This document shows, piece after piece, positions 11,008 to 23,907 of a DNA stretch of 64,000 nt. Origin of the DNA: Octopus bimaculoides (Eukaryota); the NCBI RefSeq assembly GCF_001194135.2, contig NC_068990.1:19031946-19095945 (forward strand). Direction: 5' to 3'. Each line of letters opens with the position of its first letter. Position 1 is the first letter of the stretch. The position numbers were made by a program, and so were the translations under genes. The notes under the pieces were generated by a model. It searched no databases. It was given only the letters and a program-made list of their open reading frames with translations, and had not been told where the DNA came from.

Positions 11008-13496
11008 AGGTGTATATCAATACACACCAACACTCACATGATACTGAATCACGTATATACATGAATGTATATATATGTATGTACACACTTGTTCGTTTTC
11101 GTATTAGCTTTGCAAGAGTCTTGATATGAATTGGGGTGTTGAAATAGATTTTGTTGTATCACAGGTGGGTCATTATGCCAATATATTTATATGCGCACTG
11201 GTTTAGTTCCAGATCGTTTATTATAATTACTAGTCAATTTGTTGCACCAATCAATTAGTTTTGTGAAATTGCTCTCCCCCTATCGAGACTTCATCAACGA
11301 GCTGTCCTCTCTACTCCTGGTCAGTTTCATATTTGCTTCTGTTTTAGTTTACACAATCTAGATTTTTTTACATGGATGTCACAGATATGAATCTCCATGT
11401 TTGAGAGAGGGGGAAAGAGAAAGAAAGAAAGATTAAATGTGATTGAGCGTGCATGCACAGATGTGTTCGGGCTAGTGTGTGTTTGCGTTTATGCAGACGA
11501 ACGACAATCAATGTGAAATCTTGTAGATTCTGTAAGTACGCGATAAAACGCGTGTGTGTGTATGTTTGTTTGAGAGTGTGCGGTCCTGCTTGCACATGTG
11601 TATGGAGTTCCTTCGGTGGGAGGTCGTGACTTATATATAAACGAATATATAAACACTTATAGGTTTATATATTCGTCTGTTTATTTCCTGCAAGTGTTTT
11701 TGTTTTCGCGAATAGAATCCGTTTTTATGGATGTATGGTAATATAGGAGCGTGTTTCTATAGATATTCAAGTCCAGTGGCTTACGTTATTCTTTGGATGT
11801 TATGGATCAAACCAAAATTACAAATTAATGACGAGTAAGGTATTTGATTACCAATTAAGAATACTTCACACTCGCATGAAAAGCGTATAAACCCGCATAC
11901 AAACGAAACGCACGAATGATTCAAATGACAATACTTATAACCTATCCAAAGTGGGTGTATTACTAGAACACTGAATACCATAGTAGTTCCCTTGAGAGGT
12001 CCTCTCATATCGATGCACAGATCTAAGAACAAAGACATATATCATTATAAATCGAGAACCATCAGGCATGGGTGCTCGAACTGCCAGATAATATACATCA
12101 CAAGAGAAATACCTAATTAAACTTCTCTGTATAGCTATTTGAACTGTCAGAAAATACATTTCTCTGAAAACTGATTATATTATTTTCCTATTTGAAAAGG
12201 GAAATAATTCCCGAAGTATTTATTATAAGCACCGTCGAACAGCCAATGTAAGATATGTAAGATAATACAATATTTCGCTACTTTGTTTTCTTTTACTGAT
12301 ATGACCTTACATATTTTCCATAAGTTCTCACCTGCATTACTCACAGATTTTTTCTTCAACCATTTCTATAATTTACACACACATTGCAATGCTTCAAGCA
12401 TATTACAAACCATTATAACAATAATAAAAGCTCATATATTTAATACAGATAACCTTATGAATGAAAGTAGGTAGATATATAAATTTACTCACCTATTAAC
12501 GCCGCAATCATGTAAATATATGCAGGTATTTATGCACTGTTTGTGTGTCTGCATGTTTTTTAAAGGGAGAGAGAAAGAGAGAGATTTATATGTATGCATA
12601 TCTTAAAAATATCGATACTAGTCTTTCCATATTTTTTTTCTTACCTCTTCCTTTTTTCTTCATAGCGTTCTTATTTCTGTCTTGCTTTTTCTCTTCCATC
12701 TTTCAAGTCCTATATCAACTTCATTCATGTTCAATTTTCGTCTCTATAATTTTAAAAATAACATCCTCCTTCTCTGGCTATATTCCATTATTGCTGATAT
12801 ATTCTTTTCGTTTTATTATGCATGATTGCTTGCTAAAATAATGAATAAACAGTTCCAATAAATTAGATGAACTCACGGGAGTCGAGTTCACTAGAGTAAT
12901 TAAAACAACGACGTGAAATCGTCTGGCTGATTAATACTGGAGTTGACCATTATTAGCCTAACTATTTTGCAAACAAATTGTATTTGCTCACCGAGAAAAA
13001 AAAAATAAAACACATAGTATTATATATTTTCTCTTCAATCTAAACAGGAATTATATTTTATACCCCAAAATTGTGAAACGAAATATTAACTACGTCCCCC
13101 GTATACACCGACGTTCCATTGCAGCATAAATACAGCATTTCCGAATTCACCGCTCAGCTTTAAGTCAACAAAACATTGCATAGCTTCCACAATAGTATTC
13201 CATATCTTTTCCAACGTAGAGAAACAAACTCTCTCCAGGTTTGTTGTTGATGGATATCTCTTCACGTAGCTGACTTAGGCCCAGAAGTTGTTTTCTTTAC
13301 CACACGCACACAGGTGCACATACAGACACACACACTCACACAAATACACACACACATACGCGCACAAAGACATTCTATAAAATTCAGAATAAAATCGCTT
13401 TAATGATTTTATCAAGTGGCCAGCGTGAAATAAAAACTATGTAGGTAACATTTTATACTAATTTATAATTATTTCATAATTTGTAATTCTAAATTA

Positions 13497-13539
<43 letters not shown>

Positions 13540-13544
13540 TACGT

Positions 13545-14720
13545 AAATATGGAACGATGAAAATGAGTACTCAACATTGATGGATATCATATCTTTATTT
13601 TCAAATTATGGCTACCATTGGTTTCATGTTAAGAGAAATAGATAAAATATGTTAATACTTTAACAATATTTCAAGCCGACTAAATTGAGGAATGGTGTTC
13701 GTTCCCATTTAGGATAAAGCAAAACGTCTCGTTGAATTTGCAGTGGTTCTCGTAAAGAAATCTATAGATTAAGGGCCATTCCTCTTGGATGACATTTTTT
13801 GAGTGGTTATCTCCCTCGGATTTGAGAATCGGGCTAACGAACATGATGGAATTTAAATTTGTTTGCATTACCTTATAACATATTCTGCGTGTATGTGATG
13901 TTCCTATGCTTGTGCGCCGAGTAGTTCATCATGCGGACATAGTTCTTCTGTACGTGGAGTTTGTGTGTTATGTATATTCAAATTTCACGTTGAGAGAAGA
14001 GACTATCCTAAAGGTAGCGGTTTGGAGATTTGCAATTGGATTGTCTTTCGTAGGTATCTCAGCTCTATTTATCTTTAGTGTGTTTCAGTATTATTGACCT
14101 TATATTGGTTAAGCAACTATGGCTAACTTTAATAGTATTTCTGTCGAACATTTGTGGTATTTCTGTAAACGTGGAAAGTGATTGCCTATTAATTTTAAGA
14201 ATTTCCTAGCTGTGTTAGAGGGTACGTTAATGCTGTAAAGTGGGTTAAATCATAGGATTTACTTCTGTCTGGCTCTACATGGTCTATTTGCATTTGGTTG
14301 AAGTAGTCGATGCTTTCTTTAAAGTTGGAACTTTCTAATGTAGCATTATAGTATGGGGCAGCGTTTTAAAACTGTCTTTATCGGCAGACAATTTGGCCAC
14401 ACGCCTGCTAATGTTGTTAACTAGTTGTTTAACGACTGCTGTTCGGTGGTTGGAGTTGATTTCTATGTACGAGACTTCCTTATGGTAGGGTTTAAATTTG
14501 CCTGTGCGAAGATTCATGTCAATAACTCTGGAGTTGACTTATTTAAGGTTGATACAAATTGAGGTTCATAGCCATATTTGGCTAGATATTTTGTATAATT
14601 TCTTCCTTATTCTATCGATATCGTCTCTGATGTTATTGTGTACCAGTTCCAGATCATCGTCCCTATATAACCTTTTTTTTTCAAAGATCTTGGATGTAGA
14701 GGGCTACTAGGTCAGCTATC
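13545..14720 (-). mobile_element. Decayed Naiad-like PLE: RT (YRDD to thumb), linker, GIY-YIG remnant and pLTR ending at (TA)n
   Basis: Minus strand gives LYRDDDL (14650-14670), ..DMNLRTGKFKPYHK..YIEINSNH.., FNPLYSINVPSNTARKFLKLIGNHFP, FDRNTIKVSHSCLTNIRSII and a degenerate EN. Many stops and frameshifts. Confidence 0.85.
13610..13677 (-). ncRNA. Degenerate hammerhead-like motif downstream of the EN remnant
   Basis: Minus strand: GGC UUGAAAU aUUGUUAA...UUAACAU GAAA CC AAU GG UA GCC. Stems I, II and III can form; the core deviates from CUGAUGA. Confidence 0.4.
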
Positions 14721-14785
14721 TCGGCACTATCGTAGCGTATATCTATCTATCTATCTATCTATCTCCCCCTCACTCTCTCTCTCTC

Positions 14786-14840
<55 letters not shown>

Positions 14841-16299
14841 NNNNNNNNNNNNNNNNNNNNNNNNNNNNNNNNNNNNNNNNNNNNNNNNNNNNNNNNNNNN
14901 NNNNNNNNNNNNNNNNNNNNNNNNNNNNNNNNNNNNNNNNNNNNNNNNNNNNNNNNNNNNNNNNNNNNNNNNNNNNNNNNNNNNNNNNNNNNNNNNNNNN
15001 NNNNNNNNNNNNNNNNNNNNNNNNNNNNNNNNNNNNNNNNNNNNNNNNNNNNNNNNNNNNNNNNNNNNNNNNNNNNNNNNNNNNNNNNNNNNNNNNNNNN
15101 NNNNNNNNNNNNNNNNNNNNNNNNNNNNNNNNNNNNNNNNNNNNNNNNNNNNNNNNNNNNNNNNNNNNNNNNNNNNNNNNNNNNNNNNNNNNNNNNNNNN
15201 NNNNNNNNNNNNNNNNNNNNNNNNNNNNNNNNNNNNNNNNNNNNNNNNNNNNNNNNNNNNNNNNNNNNNNNNNNNNNNNNNNNNNNNNNNNNNNNNNNNN
15301 NNNNNNNNNNNNNNNNNNNNNNNNNNNNNNNNNNNNNNNNNNNNNNNNNNNNNNNNNNNNNNNNNNNNNNNNNNNNNNNNNNNNNNNNNNNNNNNNNNNN
15401 NNNNNNNNNNNNNNNNNNNNNNNNNNNNNNNNNNNNNNNNNNNNNNNNNNNNNNNNNNNNNNNNNNNNNNNNNNNNNNNNNNNNNNNNNNNNNNNNNNNN
15501 NNNNNNNNNNNNNNNNNNNNNNNNNNNNNNNNNNNNNNNNNNNNNNNNNNNNNNNNNNNNNNNNNNNNNNNNNNNNNNNNNNNNNNNNNNNNNNNNNNNN
15601 NNNNNNNNNNNNNNNNNNNNNNNNNNNNNNNNNNNNNNNNNNNNNNNNNNNNNNNTATATATATATATTCACACACACACTTATAACACAGAAGTGAAGA
15701 TAAATGTTTGACAATTACACACGCGTACGCACACACTCACACACACATTCACACACACACAGACACAAACACACATTCACCCACATATGTATGTAACTAT
15801 ATATGTCTATACTTCATGTACCAGAAATCAGGTGTATGAGCATGAAGCTGAGTATGCACCCCTCCATCCCTTTACTTTTCGATTTCTTTCACGATTCTTC
15901 TTACTGATGATGTCAAGAGAAATGGGAAAACAAGTTTTGAATACAGAAGTACTTGTATTGAGGATTCATCCTCTCTTGTTCACTCACATTATTCTGAACG
16001 CTTTAGCATGCGGTGCACGTTGTAATGAATGAGATTTCGTAGGGCATGCTGCTACTAATACAGAGATGCGTGTATGTCTGTGTGCGTGTTTGTTAGTGTG
16101 GTACTGGTAGCTCTGATTTCTTGCTCTTGGTCCATTTTCAGTTCATTTGTGCACCAGACGAAAATGTTACAGACCTACAGATTAGCAAAAAACAGATTAT
16201 TGTGAGTGTTAGGTCAGTAAACACACCTTTGTATATCAGAGAGCGTAATTTTGTGTGTTAATAAACATATATCTGCGTATAAATATTGGCGACAAAAGC

Positions 16300-16561
16300 A
16301 GTGGTAGCCACGAATGGCAATAGTTATCTCCCACTCAATGCTTATATACATACATATGTGTTTGTATGTGTGTGTATGTATATCCATGTGTACATATATA
16401 TATACATATGTGTATATGCAATATATATATATATAACTGTATATATATATATGCATATACATATATGTATATATATTATCTCTATAACTATACCTATTTA
16501 TCTACGTAGATATGTATGTATATATGTAGGTATCTATCTATCTATCTATCTATCTATCTAA

Positions 16562-16593
<32 letters not shown>

Positions 16594-16700
16594 ATTTATA
16601 TATACAAGGAGAGAGAGAGAGAGCGGGAGAGAGAGAAAACAAAGAAAGAAAGAGATATCGATAGATTGACAGATAGATATATAGATACAGAGAGAAAAGT
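16300..16700. repeat. Mixed (TA)/(ATCT)n/(GA)n microsatellite field
   Basis: Seen directly. Confidence 0.9.
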
Positions 16701-17254
16701 GGAGATAATGTTCTTGAAGTTGACCTTTCAGTTCTATTTTCTCCACTAGAAGTATTGAATACGCTTTAATTTGTTCGTACATGTACTTGGAAACACATCC
16801 CATTATTATATATGCATGGGAAACTAACAAATTCGGATCGACAAATAACAACATCTCCGAGAATAGCACCATGAATCTCTTTACCTAGTGGCTAAGTGTA
16901 TATCTATTTTCACTATGATGAGTTTACAATTTACTTTCTCTTGGAATTGGTTGCACATGCTTATTTGTTAGACTGATATAGATATCTACCTCAAAAGCAG
17001 ACAGGATTGTCTCACAGAATTTAACTCAGCTAGTTAGTGTAAGAGAAAAAAATAGCTTTGTTCTTTTTTCTTCAATTATTGTCTTAATATTCCCTACGAT
17101 AAACTGCACAGAAATTCATTTCTTTGCATACATTGATTTGGTGTGAATTTACGTGTACATATGGTTATGTATATATGTTTCTATGAGTGTTATGTATGAA
17201 TATACATACATACATACATATCTCTCTGTCTTTCTCTCTGTCTGTCTGTCTCTC

Positions 17255-17291
<37 letters not shown>

Positions 17292-18250
17292 ATATATATA
17301 TATATATATATATAAGCAATGTTAATTCTCTAAATGAAGTATTAACAGTAACTGCACGATAAAGTGTAGTATATTGCCACTTAAGTGTGGCTGACCCCTA
17401 GGGGNNNNNNNNNNNNNNNNNNNNNNNNNNNNNNNNNNNNNNNNNNNNNNNNNNNNNNNNNNNNNNNNNNNNNNNNNNNNNNNNNNNNNNNNNNNNNNNN
17501 NNNNNNNNNNNNNNNNNNNNNNNNNNNNNNNNNNNNNNNNNNNNNNNNNNNNNNNNNNNNNNNNNNNNNNNNNNNNNNNNNNNNNNNNNNNNNNNNNNNN
17601 NNNNNNNNNNNNNNNNNNNNNNNNNNNNNNNNNNNNNNNNNNNNNNNNNNNNNNNNNNNNNNNNNNNNNNNNNNNNNNNNNNNNNNNNNNNNNNNNNNNN
17701 NNNNNNNNNNNNNNNNNNNNNNNNNNNNNNNNNNNNNNNNNNNNNNNNNNNNNNNNNNNNNNNNNNNNNNNNNNNNNNNNNNNNNNNNNNNNNNNNNNNN
17801 NNNNNNNNNNNNNNNNNNNNNNNNNNNNNNNNNNNNNNNNNNNNNNNNNNNNNNNNNNNNNNNNNNNNNNNNNNNNNNNNNNNNNNNNNNNNNNNNNNNN
17901 NNNNNNNNNNNNNNNNNNNNNNNNNNNNNNNNNNNNNNNNNNNNNNNNNNNNNNNNNNNNNNNNNNNNNNNNNNNNNNNNNNNNNNNNNNNNNNNNNNNN
18001 NNNNNNNNNNNNNNNNNNNNNNNNNNNNNNNNNNNNNNNNNNNNNNNNNNNNNNNNNNNNNNNNNNNNNNNNNNNNNNNNNNNNNNNNNNNNNNNNNNNN
18101 NNNNNNNNNNNNNNNNNNNNNNNNNNNNNNNNNNNNNNNNATATATATATATAGTCTGCTATGTGAATCTACATTTTTTTCTGACTGATTCATTCTTTCT
18201 CTCACTCTTCAGGCACATGCACACACACATACAGCCAGACACACACATGC

Positions 18251-18285
<35 letters not shown>

Positions 18286-18534
18286 AATTCACTTGCAGAA
18301 ATGCTTTAACCGGGTAAAATATTGTTTTGAAAACAGCCACTTATGATATTATTATCCATGCAAATATACTGATTGTATGCTTTCATCACCCAAGAACGAA
18401 GCGTAATAATGCCAAAAATTGCAGCAAAAACAAAAATTGGCGCCTTTATCAATGATTAGAAATAATTGGCCGAAATCAGGCCTTATGACCTCATAAAAAA
18501 GAGACATTTTGTAATTAGTATATGATTGGATTAA

Positions 18535-18752
18535 GGCGGCGAGCTGGTAGAAACGTTAGCACGCCGGTCGAAATGCTTAGCGGTATTTCGTCTGTCTTTA
18601 CATTCCGAGTTCAAATTCTACCGAGGTCGACTTCGCCTTTCATCCTTTCGGCGTCAATAAATTAAGTACCAGTTGCGTACTGGGGTCGATCTAATTGTAT
18701 GCCCCCCCCTCCCCGACAATTTCGGGCCTTGTGTGTAGTGTAAAAAAGAATA
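18535..18752 (+). mobile_element. Full-length tRNA-derived SINE family 1 (octopus OK/OR-type; name from memory)
   Basis: ggcggcgagctggtagaaacgttagc head, B-box GTTCAAATTC at 18609-18618, 3' gggccttgtg...aaaagaatat. Multiple homologous copies in this window. Confidence 0.9.
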
Positions 18753-18765
18753 TTTGACTGGATTA

Positions 18766-18990
18766 ATGCTGCGAACTGGCGGAATTGTTAGCATGTCGGG
18801 CAAAATGCTTTGCGGCATTTAATCCGTCTTTGCGTTCTAAGTTCAAAATCCTCCGCGGTCGAGTGTACCTTTCATTTTTTTAGAAGTAGATAAAATAAGT
18901 ACCAATTGGGTACTGGGGTCGATGAAATCGATCTACATTCTCCCCACCCCCGAATTATTGGTCCTGTTTCAAACTTTGAAACCAATATAT
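18766..18990 (+). mobile_element. Older, diverged SINE family 1 copy directly in tandem
   Basis: Colinear with the 18535 copy (gaactggcggaattgttagc, gttcaaaatcc, tactggggtcgat) but with a different tail (tttgaaaccaatat). Confidence 0.85.
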
Positions 18991-19281
18991 ATGGCTGGAT
19001 GCCACTGGCAAGACTGGAGGATCCTAGCTAGAACATTTTTGAACATATGTCTGACTAATCAAAAGATGACTTGCTGCCAACGAAAACCCAAATGAGCAGA
19101 GACGCCTACACTATGTCGATCCACCAGTTAGTAACAGAAGCCAAGTATCCTTCAATAACCTAATTTATCGTTTTGTAGAATGAAGAACATAGTATATAAT
19201 CAGCGTCCAAGATTGACTGGATATGTTTGGAACACAGTTTCCAATATGTTTGCTCGATTATATTCGATACCGTTTGTTATT

Positions 19282-19635
19282 AAATTTGGCACAAAGTCCA
19301 CAATTTTGAGGTGAAAGGCACAAATTGATTACATCGATTCCAGTATTTGAGTGGCACTTATTGAATCCGAAGTGAGGAAATGTCAAGTCAACCACAGCGG
19401 AATTTGAATTGAGAACGTAAAGAACCGCAGCAAATTACTTTAAGCATTTGGTCAGTTCACTGGCTTATGGAGTTAAAAACAAAGGGCTTCTAGTTTTGGC
19501 ACAAGCACAGCAATTTTAGGGGATGAGGATATGTAGATTACATCAAACCAAGTGTTCAACTGCTACATGATATATATTTTATCGTCCCCCAAATGAATAA
19601 TAGGCAAAGTCAACTTCGACGGAATTTGAGTTCAC
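19282..19635 (-). mobile_element. Two highly diverged SINE family 1 copies in tandem (about 19282-19460 and 19493-19635)
   Basis: Each has (t)ttggcacaa..gattacatc..tcaa..cggaatttga, the reverse complement of the tail-to-B-box segment. Confidence 0.65.
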
Positions 19636-22020
19636 AAAATAAAGGTAGTTAAAAAAAGAATACAATTAAGTAATAATCACAGTACAACAAAAACAACCAA
19701 AGTAAACATTACAGCAACGGCGACGACAGTAGCGTAGAATGGCGATATGTTTTGTGAATAACCATCTTATGTGCTACAGTGAATATAGTGAGTTCGAAAA
19801 ATGCATTCCACTTGCTTTTAGCATTACCTCAGTAAACATATTTTACCAATTGCTCAATGTTATCTTACATATGCCTCTGATAATCAGATAATAAGCGATA
19901 TATAATTAGTCTTAGGAGTTAATTTAATATAATGTAATTAGTTTGCTTGCGTGAAGAATGTGATAAAGGATTTAGTTGCAATGCGTTAATATAGGTGTAT
20001 GTATTTAATATTTCAGATCAACGTATAAATTTACTTGCTTTGGAATACGATATGCCGTCAGCTGGCAAAGCAAACACGCCAACCTTAAGACATATGCTTA
20101 CTAATTGTATCCTTTCGTTTTAAACATATTATAAATTATCAGATAACGATTGATACCTTGAAAATACGATATAAATCTCTTGTATTCTGGTGAAAATGTA
20201 CTACTTGTATTCGTTATAAACCTTTTAATTACAAATCGTGTACAATAATGAAATGGGAATAAACCTTTCTAACATAGATTAAAACTGGGTCTTTATTTTT
20301 AATCATTCGCTATTACAACGAATGCGAAGTGGACGCTGTGAGTCAGATTTGACACATTCACTCAAGAAGATTGAAAGGTAATGTGTGGAGTTAATACTTT
20401 GGTAGTTAATCAACTTTTCCGGGAACTTCATTCATCCAAACTTCAATACAGGCAGGGATAATTCTATTAGAAATTATCGATCAAGAGTCGCCAGAGGGAA
20501 AACATCCTACCTAGAAATTTATTATAGATATTGCCTCTATATTCACGATAACACAATTATAATACGTATTTTATATCAGTTCATCTTATCTAAATTGCTG
20601 AAAATTTGGTGATGGTGGAGTAAACAAGGAGCTAGAACTTAACTTGAACTTAACGGCTAACCAAAACCTCGAATCTAGAAAACTTCCAATAAACTGTACA
20701 GTCTTCAAGTACAAGCAGTTAAATTCCCCTCATATCATATCTTGTCATAAAACATGAGAGAACCTCCCTTTCCACTGTAGCTGGAGGCAATTAATCAGTA
20801 AACGTGTGCCATAATATCCAGTGGACCTACTTAGAGCCCAGTGGGCACAGCGTTTGAAACGAGAAACTTTCAATCTGAGCAATAACAAATGTCGATTGAC
20901 TAAGTAGTTTCTCGGTATTATCATCATACAGAAGATTCATATTTTCAGTCTAAATAAAGTTTTAGAGTAAATGAAGCAAATGAAAAGGTGTTATTAACTC
21001 GTTTTAGAATATTATGCAATTATGTCATGATCTTAAGCAAACTAACGTAAATCAGTAGATTGCAGTTTTTTTATTATCGCTGCGTTGTTATAAATTACAC
21101 TCGCATACAAAACAATTACAGATAGAGTAGCATCGACCTATGAAACACTGCATGAAAAACATAATAAGAACAACCTAACACAACATAAAAACATCGTGTA
21201 ACGGAATCTGTGCGGCATGTCGGATAGTATAATTACACTAAAAATTTATTTCATTTTTATCTTAATGAACTTATCACTTGACCTATTCTCACTGATCTGT
21301 GGTTGTTGAAATTTTATAGACACGTTTATGTAAAGAAATAAAAAACTGTGGGTGGCAAAGGGTTATTTATCACATACAGATGATTAGAAGGTGAGTCTGC
21401 AGTTTGGTTTTCTGAACTTATGTCTAGTTTGATGTATGGCGTAGCTTGAATTCGTGAGTGAAGCCAAAGCACTTCACTTAAAAAGTTTAATCGTGCTGGA
21501 AAGGCGTATACAACACATTTGTTCTCGTTTGCATGATGTATTTAGATATCCGTTTCTTGATAAAATCTATGAAAATATCTTCGGGGTAGTTTTTCTGAAT
21601 GCAGAACTTTAAACATACGGAGCAGATATTTAATTCCGTTTAATACATCACTATGCAACTCTGGGTGTGGTCAGTAGTTAGAACTGCTGCAATCATAGAT
21701 GTTCGTGGAAAATACAACTGCGAAGATGACGTGACTCAACAAGGGAGCATTTGCGTGGTCATTCGAATGCTAGAAATAACAGTTAAATATTGAAATCACA
21801 TCATTTTATCCCAAATAACGAAAGGAAAAATTTGAAAGTATAACCCAATTAAATGCAAAAGAAATGATAGACATTCCTTAGCAACAAAGTTTTCGAATAC
21901 GACTTTGTTTGATCACTATTGGTGTAAAAGTTAATATCATTAATAACAAAGATAGCGGGAATATAAATAATACGTTTCTAAATCTCGCAGATAGATTTAT
22001 GCAGTAGCAGCACGATAACT

Positions 22021-22187
22021 TGATGGTATGTCGTCAACTTAATGTGACAGTCCCATGAAAAGGAAGAATGCTACATAAGGACACAGGAAGTGTGTCAGGT
22101 TCAACAGGAAACGGTGTTTGCTAGGGCTAAATAACAGTGGCATTCTTCCCTTTCATGGAACTGTCACATTAAATTAACATACTATCA
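22021..22187. mobile_element. MITE-like element with about 50-bp imperfect terminal inverted repeats
   Basis: tgatggtatg..ttaatgtgacagtcccatgaaaaggaagaatgc (22021-22071) versus gcattcttccctttcatggaactgtcacattaa..catactatca (22140-22187). Confidence 0.75.
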
Positions 22188-22350
22188 CTGAAACGTTAGA
22201 AAAGCAAGAAAACAGAATTTGTAAAAAAACACCATGTATCACGGATGGATGCAATTGTTAAGGATAATATTTGATATCAAAGAAAATTGAACTGAAAAAA
22301 AGCTGAATATATATAACATTTTCTCAACAACTGATATTGTAGAAATCAAA

Positions 22351-22656
22351 GGCGACGATCTGGCAGAGACGTTAGCACGCCGGGCGAACGTTGCATACTG
22401 GATTCGATCTAATCGATTGGCCCCTTCCCAAAAATTTGGAGCCCTGTGCCTAGAGTAGAAAAGAGACGTTAGCACACCGGGCGAGTTGCTTAGCGGTGTT
22501 TCGCCTGTCTTCACGCTCTGAGTTCAAATTCCGCCGTGGTCGACTTTGCCTTCCATCATTTCGGGGTCGATAAATTAGGTACCAGTTGCGTACTGGGGTC
22601 GATCTAATCGGCTGGCGTCCTCCCCAATTTTGGGCCTTGTGCCTAGAGTAGAAAAG
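22351..22656 (+). mobile_element. Composite SINE family 1: internally deleted copy fused to a 5'-clipped copy, inside a single 18-bp TSD
   Basis: TSD gatat(t/a)gtagaaatcaaa at 22333-22350 and 22657-22674. Head plus tail 22351-22464, second unit 22465-22656. Confidence 0.9.
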
Positions 22657-23871
22657 GATATAGTAGAAATCAAACAAATGAGTCCAATATTGCTTATTTT
22701 TTAACCTGAGTGAAATACAATAATAGCGATTTGTTAATAGAAATAATTCAATTAAGAATTAACGTGCTTAGTATTTTGATTCAGTTCACACCGAATGTAA
22801 ATATTCCTGGTATTTTTATGTCTAAGAACGCGTATAACTATGAATACACCAAGTTAAACACAACAGTCTTTAATCTCTCCTAAAATATTTTTGCTCGTGC
22901 AAGGTTGTAACTTTGAAATATTATATGAAAATTTAGTATTATGTACTGAGTATAAGGTTGCAAGCGATTACAAGTGAAATGTCTGAGTTGGATTCCAATC
23001 TCAGAGGAATAAACTTTTATTCGCTTACACCACAAGCGTTCTTAGAGGGACAATAAAGTTGATAGATCTTTATTTTCATTCTCTTCAGAATATAAGATTT
23101 TAGATCCAGAGAAGAGTGCTAGAGTGAAAACAGATGACGCCAATATTGATTTTTATTGCTATTCTGCTGTATTATTCCATTGTATAATTTCAACTAGATT
23201 TACACATCTAACATTAATATTTACTGTATTCTGGACGTAGAACAAAGGGTCATGTATAAAAGAGAGGGGAATAACTTCGTTGTAAGATGTATAAGTTTGA
23301 GAATTATACTTTTTATTACGATGATGCAAAATGACCACAGACTAAAATCGAACCAGACTCAGAAAATGTATTGTTACTTGGTCCTTAAATACAGCATTCG
23401 ATATCTAGCCAAAGAGTTATTGATTCATACAGAAGTTGGAGACAGTCTTTTGTTGAGAAAGATTAACTGCCTGCAACTATATTTCGATAAGAAAATTTAT
23501 CAACAGTCATGATGTGAAATGTAAAATCAGTCTCAATGAATTCTGAAGATTGCTATCTTAGGTACAAATTTTGATGTTGCTAAGATATTCAATTCAAAAT
23601 ATCAGACACAACTTTCAGCTAATAAATCGAATATTTTTGTCTGATATTAAAATGGAAAGATATAATTTTGAGTCAGACATCGACTCATACGTAACTACGT
23701 GTGAGAATGTATATATATATATATAATCATACACACATGTACATATGAATATACACATTTATATACATATATATGTGTGTGTATACATATATATACATAT
23801 TTGTATACATATACATATATACGTAAATATATGTATATACACAGCTATATATTTACACACGCACACACACG

Positions 23872-23907
<36 letters not shown>

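Noticed and set aside
17380-17404. aagtgtggctgacccctagggg palindrome at a gap edge
   Set aside because: Probably the start of a repeat hidden in the gap; only 25 bp are visible.
18420-18520. Cluster of homeodomain-like words (TAAT, TTTATGA, CATAAAA) as an enhancer
   Set aside because: Such words are expected by chance in AT-rich DNA and there are no conservation data.
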